This document shows, piece after piece, positions 1 through 6,417 of a stretch of 11,245 nucleotides of DNA; the stretch's first letter is position 1, and the number at the start of each line of letters is the position of its first letter. The notes under the pieces are model-generated. The model was not told the origin of the DNA. It saw nothing but the letters and a program-made list of their open reading frames with translations, and did no database searches. The stretch is taken from positions 1 to 11,245 of the forward strand of contig JBNPEG010000193.1 of assembly GCA_051117555.1 (NCBI GenBank), given 5' to 3'. Position numbers and translations under genes: made by a program. Origin of the DNA: Elainellaceae cyanobacterium. Its GTDB lineage: Bacteria > Cyanobacteriota > Cyanobacteriia > CAZCXK01.

Positions 1-312
1 ATGGAGGTGGTCATCTTTGGACCCGGACGAGTAGCGCTCCAGTTTGGGCAACAGAAAATCAATCTCCATGAATTTGGCACTGAGGCCACCCCCAAGGCAA
101 TGCAGCCAACTCCCGGTTCAGCCGATCTCTGTTTTGTGACTGAGACACCGCTAGACCAGGTCAATTCTCACCTACACGCGTGCGGAATAATGTCCGAAGC
201 CGCATTTGTGCAACGAACCGGAGCGATGGGTTCAATATTGTCGATCTATATTCGAGATCCAGATGGTAACTTGCTAGAGATATCCAATTACAGCCCTAGC
301 CAGTCGTATTAA
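1..312 (+). CDS. VOC/glyoxalase-family protein (GLOD5/STM3117-like), probably 5'-truncated by the window edge
   Basis: Motifs ALQFGQQKINLH, PTPGSADLCF, RTGAMG and SIYIRDPDGNLLEIS are typical of this VOC subfamily. Full-length members have an N-terminal DHxVLTV..FY..VLG segment before MEVV, so the ATG at 1 is likely internal. Confidence 0.88.
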   Translation: MEVVIFGPGRVALQFGQQKINLHEFGTEATPKAMQPTPGSADLCFVTETPLDQVNSHLHACGIMSEAAFVQRTGAMGSILSIYIRDPDGNLLEISNYSPSQSY

Positions 313-315
313 CCT

Positions 316-1365
316 ATGCAAATTCAGGTGCAGACCTTTACCGTTCATAAACGGTTTGCCCTCACCATCAGTCGCGGCACGAGCAGTGAGAGCACCAATG
401 TTTGGCTGCGACTCGAACACGATGGCATCGAAGGATGGGGAGAAGCCTCTCCGTTTTCGGTCGGAAGCCCACCCCAAACACCCGAGGCGATCGCCACGAG
501 TCTTGCGCAGCTTGCGCCCCAGTTAGAGTCGTTCACTCCGTATGACCAGCAGCCCGTTGACGACCTGCTAAACCATCAGTCTATTCCGTCTGCTGCACGA
601 GCGGCTCTAGACATAGCCATTCACGATTGGATTGGTAAACGGTTAAATGTACCACTTTGGAAACTCTGGGGAGGCGATCGCGATCGCATCATACCCACCT
701 CCGTCACCGTTGGCATTAGCTCACCCGAAGCGGCTCAAGCACGAATGCGTCACTGGCTACAGTCTACAGACGTGCAAGCCGTTAAGGTGAAATTGGGCAA
801 TCCAGCGGGTATTGAAGCCGATCAGTCTATGTTGAAAGCCGTACAGGCGATCGCGCCGACCCATGCAAAGTTCAGCATTGATGCAAATGGCGGATGGAGT
901 TTAGAGGACGCGCTGACCATGAGCCATTGGTTAGCCGATCAAGGAATTACTTATATCGAACAGCCTTTACCCCAAGGTCAGGACGACGATTTGCCCAAAC
1001 TTTACCGCGAATCTCCATTGCCAATCTTTGTTGACGAAAGCTGTTTCACCAGCCGAGACATTCCCAAGCTGGCAGGTCGAGTCCATGGCATCAATATTAA
1101 GCTGATGAAGTCGGGAGGACTTTCTGAGGCGAGGCGGATGATTCACACGGCTCAAGCCCACGATTTGCAACTCATGTTTGGCTGCTATTCAGACAGCGGT
1201 TTAGCCAATACGGCAGCCGCTCAACTCGCATCATTTGCAACCCACCTTGATTTAGATAGCCATCTCAACTTGTCGGATGACCCGTTTATTGGGGCAAGTC
1301 TTCAAGGCGGGCGACTGCAACCAAACGATTTACCAGGATTGGGAGTTCAACGTGCTGAAGGCTAA
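316..1365 (+). CDS. Enolase-superfamily dipeptide epimerase (L-Ala-D/L-Glu epimerase YcjG/YkfB-like; DgcA-like)
   Basis: N-terminal FALTISRG, GWGEA, catalytic KxK (KVKLG), metal ligands in DANGGW, EQP and DES, second lysine in NIKLMKSGG, and the C-terminal DLD motif. Starts 3 nt after the VOC stop. Confidence 0.92.
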   Translation: MQIQVQTFTVHKRFALTISRGTSSESTNVWLRLEHDGIEGWGEASPFSVGSPPQTPEAIATSLAQLAPQLESFTPYDQQPVDDLLNHQSIPSAARAALDIAIHDWIGKRLNVPLWKLWGGDRDRIIPTSVTVGISSPEAAQARMRHWLQSTDVQAVKVKLGNPAGIEADQSMLKAVQAIAPTHAKFSIDANGGWSLEDALTMSHWLADQGITYIEQPLPQGQDDDLPKLYRESPLPIFVDESCFTSRDIPKLAGRVHGINIKLMKSGGLSEARRMIHTAQAHDLQLMFGCYSDSGLANTAAAQLASFATHLDLDSHLNLSDDPFIGASLQGGRLQPNDLPGLGVQRAEG

Positions 1366-2404
1366 TCATCGTGTTGCTATTTTGCTCCATCAGGGCTTAA
1401 AAAGCGCAAAGGGCAAGACCGGAATTTCACTACTTCGCTACAGTGAGTTGCCGATTGTTGCCGTCATTGACGAAGAATGTGCGGGAGATTCAATTCCCGA
1501 TTTGACTGGAATTCCTCGTCCAGTGCCGATTGTGGCATCGGTTAAAGATGCCCTGCAATTTGCCCCCGACGTATTGGCGATCGGCATTGCTCCCTCTGGA
1601 GGAGCATTACCCGAACCGTGGCACCAAGAAGTCAGACAAGCAATCCAGGCAGGGCTCTCGGTCGTTAATGGCTTGCACACGGCGATGGCGGCTGACCCAG
1701 ATTTAAACTCCCTACTGCATGACCAGCAGTGGATTTGGGATGTACGCTGCGAACCAGAGGGGTTAACGGTTGGTAGTGGTCAGGCACGACTGCTGCCTTG
1801 TCGACGAGTGTTGACGGTCGGATCGGATATGAGCGTTGGCAAAATGTCGACCAGTCTAGAACTCTATCGAGCGTCGTTACAGCGGGGCATCCCATCCAAA
1901 TTTTTAGCAACCGGACAAACAGGGCTCATGCTGGGTCACGATGGAGTGCCTCTCGATGCGGTGCGAATTGATTTTGCGGCGGGTGCCATTGAGCAGCTCG
2001 TAATGCGCTACGGACAAGAGTACGACATGGTATGTGTGGAGGGGCAGGGATCATTGATGAATCCAGCCTCAACGGCAACCTTGCCCCTGATTCGCGGGAC
2101 GCAACCGACCCATTTAATTCTGGTGCATCGAGCCGGACAAACCCATATCCAGCACTTTTCCCACGTTAAATTTCCACCCTTACCCGAAATGGTTCGGCTA
2201 TATGAGGCCGTTGCTTCGGCGGGTGGTGCCTTTGCACCTGCTAGGGTCGTGGCGATCGCCCTCAACACTCATCACCTCAGTAAATCCGATGCTCAAAAAG
2301 CCATCGATGAGGTCCGCCACGAAACCGGTCTTCCATGCACAGATGCCATTCGATTTGGAGCCGACCCGCTGCTAGATTCGATTCTGAACTCTGGTGATGT
2401 GTAA
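1352..2404 (+). CDS. DUF1611 domain-containing P-loop protein (DgcN-like putative N-acetyltransferase)
   Basis: Motifs GKTG, GIAPSGG, NGLH, RVLTVGSDMSVGKMST (P-loop), ATGQTG, DAVRIDF and VEGQGSL. Start moved from 1277 to GTG 1352 (MLKANHRVAILLH), which has GGGAG at 1341-1345 and overlaps the epimerase 3' end by 14 nt. Confidence 0.9.
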   Translation: MLKANHRVAILLHQGLKSAKGKTGISLLRYSELPIVAVIDEECAGDSIPDLTGIPRPVPIVASVKDALQFAPDVLAIGIAPSGGALPEPWHQEVRQAIQAGLSVVNGLHTAMAADPDLNSLLHDQQWIWDVRCEPEGLTVGSGQARLLPCRRVLTVGSDMSVGKMSTSLELYRASLQRGIPSKFLATGQTGLMLGHDGVPLDAVRIDFAAGAIEQLVMRYGQEYDMVCVEGQGSLMNPASTATLPLIRGTQPTHLILVHRAGQTHIQHFSHVKFPPLPEMVRLYEAVASAGGAFAPARVVAIALNTHHLSKSDAQKAIDEVRHETGLPCTDAIRFGADPLLDSILNSGDV

Positions 2405-2580
2405 GCCTAGATATTCTTCTTTCCAAATTAGTGTATCGCCTTATCTGACAGCCATTCCGCGACGATGTTTTCTACCTAAATTTATAACGTAAGGCTGATT
2501 TAATTTTTGTCCAAAAGTGTGATGAGCTGTGACATCGCGAATAGCTAACCTATAGCTTGAAGCAACGATGAGGTCGAGCT

Positions 2581-4152
2581 ATGGCTGTCTATCCTCTATA
2601 TCCTTGGAAACTCGCGTCAGCAGCGCTGACTGCGACTATACTGACCACAACCGCAGCATGCAGTGAGCCTCAGGTTAATACGCCCCAGCCAGAAGACTCT
2701 CCTCAAAACGTTGCAGTCAATACCGATCAAGACATCAGCGATATCGAGATTACCGATGCCGTTAATGAAGAATTTCGCGCGGCGCAGGGAGTTCCTGTTG
2801 ATGAAATCCAAATCGAAACAAATCAAGGGGTCGTGACCCTATTAGGAACCGTCAATAATATCTTGGCAAAAGACCGAGCCCAGCGAATCACTGAAATGGT
2901 TCTCGGCGTACGATCGGTCATCAATAGAATTGAAGTTGCCCCCTCAGAGCGAGACGATGCGGCGATTACGGCTGACGTGTTGACAACTTTTGCCGCTGAT
3001 CCTGCTACGGAGAGTTGGGAACTGTCAGCAACAACCGAAGATGGCATTGTGACACTGACGGGAACAGTTGACTCCTGGCAAGAGCAACAGCTCGCAACTC
3101 GGATTGCCAAGGGCATTCGAGGTGTTCAGGGTATCGAAAACGAGATTGATGTCAGCTATGAGGTGTTTCGCTCAGATGCTGAAATTCAGGAAGAGGTAGA
3201 ACGCGCGATCGAATGGGATGCCAGAATCAATGCAGGAGAAATTGATGTGGCCGTAGATGACGGCATCGTCACGTTGAATGGATTGGTCGGTAGCGCCTAC
3301 GAGAAGTCCCTTGCCGTGGCAGATGCATATGTTGCGGGAGTCAGGTCGGTTGATGACGCCGAGCTTGATGTTGAACCTGGATTACAAAATACGCCTAGTC
3401 GAACCACATTGCTTTCAAGCGCAACAGACAGCGATATTCAAAATGCCGTAACCGATGCATTGCTTTACGACCCGCGAGTGTCCTCATTTGCAATTGACGT
3501 TACGGTCGATGAGGGTGTTGCGACTCTAACTGGCACTGTCGACAATCTCAAGTCAAAACGAGCAGCTGCTCAAGATGCAGCGAACACAGTCGGCGTATGG
3601 CACGTTGAGAATAATATCCGGGTTGAGGCTGGCGCAGAGATTGCTGATGAACGTCTATCAAGCAACATAACAGAAGCGCTAAGCCGCGACCCATATGTCG
3701 AAGCGCGTGAAATTTTGGTATCTGTCAACGATGGTGTGGTGACACTCACTGGTGTCGTCGACTCATACTTTGAGAAATGGCAAGCGGGTGATTTGGCTGC
3801 CCGCATAGCAGGAGTCGTTAGCATTGACAATAATCTGGCAGTTGACTACGAGCAACTCAGCTTCGATGTCGACTTCTATGATTGGGACCCAATTGCGAAT
3901 GACTTTGACTATCGTCAGTTTGCTAAAACAGATACCGAACTTGCAAATGACATCCTAGACAGCATCTATTGGTCACCCTATGTGGAAACAGAGGGCGTTA
4001 ATGTCTCGGTTGAAGATGGCGTTGCAACGCTGACTGGCACGGTGGAAACCTGGTATGAACGCAATGAAGCAACTGAAGAAGCATTTGAAGCCGGAGCATC
4101 TGCTGTTGTCAACCAACTGGATGTTAATTACGGACCCGAGACAAGTTCGTAA
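2581..4152 (+). CDS. Multi-BON-domain (six BON repeats) secreted protein, putative lipoprotein, OsmY-like
   Basis: Six ~66-aa repeats of the form D..I...V......DP.......I.V.V.DGVVTLxGxV.......A...A....GV..V.N.I.V. Hydrophobic N-terminus ends in TAAC (imperfect lipobox). GAGGT SD-like motif at 2570-2574. Confidence 0.9.
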   Translation: MAVYPLYPWKLASAALTATILTTTAACSEPQVNTPQPEDSPQNVAVNTDQDISDIEITDAVNEEFRAAQGVPVDEIQIETNQGVVTLLGTVNNILAKDRAQRITEMVLGVRSVINRIEVAPSERDDAAITADVLTTFAADPATESWELSATTEDGIVTLTGTVDSWQEQQLATRIAKGIRGVQGIENEIDVSYEVFRSDAEIQEEVERAIEWDARINAGEIDVAVDDGIVTLNGLVGSAYEKSLAVADAYVAGVRSVDDAELDVEPGLQNTPSRTTLLSSATDSDIQNAVTDALLYDPRVSSFAIDVTVDEGVATLTGTVDNLKSKRAAAQDAANTVGVWHVENNIRVEAGAEIADERLSSNITEALSRDPYVEAREILVSVNDGVVTLTGVVDSYFEKWQAGDLAARIAGVVSIDNNLAVDYEQLSFDVDFYDWDPIANDFDYRQFAKTDTELANDILDSIYWSPYVETEGVNVSVEDGVATLTGTVETWYERNEATEEAFEAGASAVVNQLDVNYGPETSS

Positions 4153-4180
4153 ATGGCATGATTTAGGATTTAGCGCAATT

Positions 4181-4240
4181 TAAAATACCTTACCGCAGTT
4201 CAAAATACTTTACCGCAGTTCAAAATACTTTACCGCACTT
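4181..4240. repeat. Tandem direct repeat, 3 x 20 bp (YAAAATACYTTACCGCASTT)
   Basis: TAAAATACCTTACCGCAGTT 4181-4200, CAAAATACTTTACCGCAGTT 4201-4220, CAAAATACTTTACCGCACTT 4221-4240, with a degenerate half unit TAGCGCAATT at 4171-4180. Confidence 0.95.
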
Positions 4241-4244
4241 TAGC

Positions 4245-4302
4245 GGAACCGTTTAGCAAGTACTCTTTGAGCGCATGATGGGGCTACGCGCTAAACGGTT
4301 CC
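4245..4302. repeat. Perfect 13-bp inverted repeat with 32-nt spacer
   Basis: GGAACCGTTTAGC (4245-4257) and its reverse complement GCTAAACGGTTCC (4290-4302). Confidence 0.9.
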
Positions 4303-4376
4303 ATGAGTATGCGCACTGTCCTAGCATCTTAGACATTTTTATCTTGATTAAGCCAACTCAGGAAAATCCAAGTTCC

Positions 4377-4395
4377 TAATGAGAATTAATTGCAG
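4377..4395 (+). promoter_or_regulatory. Putative Fur box upstream of the iron ABC ATPase
   Basis: TAATGAGAATTAATTGCAG. The core TGAGAAT-T-AATTGCA (4380-4394) matches the 7-1-7 Fur consensus TGATAAT-N-ATTATCA at 6/7 and 4/7, and lies about 90 nt upstream of a FutC-like gene. Confidence 0.45.
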
Positions 4396-4481
4396 AAACG
4401 TCTTAAACTGAGGAATTGAGCATTTAGTAAACAGTCTGGAGTCTATTGCTCAGTATTTTGCTGCACATTGGTTGAATCTGC

Positions 4482-5576
4482 ATGCACCCACCTGCAATTT
4501 TGCGCTTGGTTAACTTAACTCGGCAGTTTTCTCGCGTTGACATACCTGCCGTCTGTTCTGTTAATCTCACACTTTATCAAGGAGAACTGCTAGGGTTACT
4601 GGGTCCGTCTGGATGCGGTAAAACGACTCTTCTTAGATTAATTGCTGGTTTTGAGCGTCCCCAAACTGGAACTGTTGAGCTAGACCATCAATTCGTGTCT
4701 GATTCAAGCGTTTGGCTACCTCCCGAAAAACGCGGAATTGGAATGGTGTTTCAAGACTATGCTCTGTTTCCTCATTTAACAGTCGCCCAGAATGTTGTCT
4801 TTGGTCTAAAAAGTCTGCGTGGACAGACTAAGGAGAAAATGCGCGATCGCCTCCAGCATGCGATCGCCTTAGTTGGCCTAGAGGGTTTCGAAAACCGTTA
4901 CCCTCATCAACTTTCGGGAGGACAGCAGCAGCGAGTTGCTCTAGCTCGCGCATTAGCTCCTCATCCTGCCTTGGTATTGTTAGATGAGCCCCTTAGCAAT
5001 CTAGACGCCAAAGTGAGGCTGCAGCTTCGTCAAGAGCTGCGCGATATTTTGAAAGCAGCAGGCACATCCGCAATCTTTGTCACCCATGACCAAGAAGAGG
5101 CGCTATCCATTTGCGATCGCGTAGCCGTCATGTGTTACGGCTGTTTAGAACAAGTGGGTTCTCCCGAAGACATCTATCGTAATCCATCGTCGCGCTTTGT
5201 AGCGGAGTTTGTGACACAAGCCAATTTTATCGAGGCATATCGAGAGAGCAACCGATGGAAAACCGAATTGGGCTACCTTGATATCCATCATGCTCCCCTT
5301 GAAAGCGATGCCACCGAACTGATGATTCGCCAAGAAGATATGCAGCTAGTTCTCGACGAAACTAGTGATGTCGTTATCTACGATCGCCAGTTTCTCGGAC
5401 GGGAACACCGCTACCGGCTCAGAACCCCTACTGGGCGCATCCTAGTCGCCCGCAGTTCGTTTGATGAAGCGCTACCTATGGGATCACGAGTTCGCGTATC
5501 AATCTCAGAGGGCGCGATTCGAGTATTTCCGCTTTCTCCTAACCAAAACCGTCTTCAACCATCCGTGCTGTCATAA
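4482..5576 (+). CDS. futC: ABC transporter ATP-binding protein, Fe(III) transporter FutC/FbpC-like (PotA family)
   Basis: Walker A GPSGCGKT, PPEKRGIGMVFQDYALFPHL, signature LSGGQQQ, Walker B VLLDEP, H-loop VTHDQEEA, and a C-terminal TOBE-like part (RQFLGREHRY). ATPase call is secure; iron specificity is inferred from family resemblance and the possible Fur box. Confidence 0.8.
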   Translation: MHPPAILRLVNLTRQFSRVDIPAVCSVNLTLYQGELLGLLGPSGCGKTTLLRLIAGFERPQTGTVELDHQFVSDSSVWLPPEKRGIGMVFQDYALFPHLTVAQNVVFGLKSLRGQTKEKMRDRLQHAIALVGLEGFENRYPHQLSGGQQQRVALARALAPHPALVLLDEPLSNLDAKVRLQLRQELRDILKAAGTSAIFVTHDQEEALSICDRVAVMCYGCLEQVGSPEDIYRNPSSRFVAEFVTQANFIEAYRESNRWKTELGYLDIHHAPLESDATELMIRQEDMQLVLDETSDVVIYDRQFLGREHRYRLRTPTGRILVARSSFDEALPMGSRVRVSISEGAIRVFPLSPNQNRLQPSVLS

Positions 5577-5724
5577 ATCATGCATTAATCGATTTACACA
5601 TCTTCCATCTCGATGGGTAAAACCCCAACAATCAAGGCTTTTCTAGATTTAAGAACTATGATCTAGGAAAAAATTTGCTGGTTATCAACCAATATCTAAT
5701 GACTTTGGAAAATCGCGTTACCCG

Positions 5725-5753
5725 CTATTAAAAACTGGGAATGTTTTTAATAG
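5725..5753. promoter_or_regulatory. Perfect 11-bp palindrome upstream of gvpA (candidate operator or promoter element)
   Basis: CTATTAAAAAC (5725-5735), spacer TGGGAAT, GTTTTTAATAG (5743-5753). The repeat is directly visible; its function is inferred. Confidence 0.5.
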
Positions 5754-5822
5754 TTCTCCCTAAGACATGCTGTTCTTCAAGGAACAGTAGTTCAGCTTTG
5801 AAATGTTGTTAGGACAAGAGAA

Positions 5823-5999
5823 ATGCTGCCTAGAGATCGAGTAAAGCATCGGTGCTAAATACTCAATGATTTTACCTGCTTCATGGATATGCCTTTATCA
5901 AAATTCCGTATTTGTGACAGCAACAGGTTTGTCGAGAGTGTCTATCTTGTTCGATGATGCTTCGATCTTTATCCCGATTTCCGAAGGAATAGGCAGCAT
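5823..5999 (+). ncRNA. Putative structured RNA element (rod-like hairpin) in the gvpA leader
   Basis: Nested helices paired by hand: 5823-5832/5990-5999 (10 perfect bp), 5833-5840/5962-5969, 5845-5850/5956-5961, 5859-5864/5936-5941, 5874-5878/5924-5928, 5879-5891/5907-5920. Non-Watson-Crick positions are G-U on the + strand. Confidence 0.45.
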
Positions 6000-6105
6000 C
6001 TAAACCTCCATGCATATCAATTCTTGAATTCTTCAAAATTCTGAATTCATTGATGTTGTTGTGCATTTTCAAAATCTCAAATCCCTTAGCACTAGGTAAT
6101 TCATC

Positions 6106-6324
6106 ATGGCAGTTGAAAAAGTAAATTCCTCTTCTAGTCTTGCTGAAGTTGTTGATCGCATTTTAGACAAAGGTATCGTCATCGATGCTTGGGTTCGTGT
6201 ATCGCTCGTAGGTATTGAACTGTTGGCTGTTGAAGCTCGCGTCGTCATTGCTTCTGTAGACACCTATTTGAAGTATGCCGAGGCAGTGGGTCTGACTGCT
6301 CAAGCAGCCGTTCCTGCTGCCTAA
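6106..6324 (+). CDS. gvpA: Gas vesicle major structural protein GvpA
   Basis: [64 protein letters not shown] is essentially the canonical cyanobacterial GvpA sequence. Confidence 0.99.
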   Translation: MAVEKVNSSSSLAEVVDRILDKGIVIDAWVRVSLVGIELLAVEARVVIASVDTYLKYAEAVGLTAQAAVPAA

Positions 6325-6335
6325 ATCCTCCGACT

Positions 6336-6362
6336 GTTGGGGAGTCTTCAAGATTCCCCAAC
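6336..6362 (+). terminator. Stem-loop after gvpA (partial terminator or mRNA-stabilising hairpin)
   Basis: GTTGGGGAGTCT-TCA-AGATTCCCCAAC forms a 12-bp stem (one G-U) 11 nt after the gvpA stop. There is no long U-tract, consistent with read-through into gvpC. Confidence 0.7.
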
Positions 6363-6417
6363 GTTAATGCATGTCTCTATTGATATCTTGGGTTGCTCTC
6401 GCTTCGTAGGAGGTTTC

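Noticed and set aside
1277..1351. ORF-track N-terminal extension of the DUF1611 gene
   Set aside because: Overlaps the epimerase by 89 nt; GTG 1352 has an SD-like motif and matches where the family normally begins.
2518..2534. CRP-type site TGTGA...TGACA upstream of the BON gene
   Set aside because: Spacing is 7 rather than 6 nt and the right half-site is mismatched. Only a TGTGA direct repeat at 10-bp spacing remains, too short to support.
4181..4240. Tandem repeats as a mini CRISPR array
   Set aside because: Units are head-to-tail with no unique spacers, only 20 bp long, and no cas genes are present.
4245..4302. Inverted repeat as a retron a1/a2 pair or integron attC site
   Set aside because: No reverse transcriptase or integrase in the window, and the arm order does not fit RYYYAAC...GTTRRRY.
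5823..5999. Calling the rod-like structure 6S RNA (ssrS)
   Set aside because: Similar size and shape only; no recognisable 6S sequence motifs and a context pointing to a gvpA leader. Needs an Rfam scan.
5881..6072. 63-aa minus-strand ORF in the gvpA upstream region
   Set aside because: No recognisable motifs, and it overlaps the sense-strand RNA structures, which explain the sequence better.
6069..6351. Antisense ORFs over gvpA (6069-6263 and 6163-6351)
   Set aside because: Shadow frames of a highly conserved gene with no recognisable motifs. Antisense RNA cannot be judged from sequence alone.
6337..6417. ORF-track N-terminal extension of gvpC
   Set aside because: Begins inside the post-gvpA hairpin; ATG 6418 has a perfect AGGAGG.
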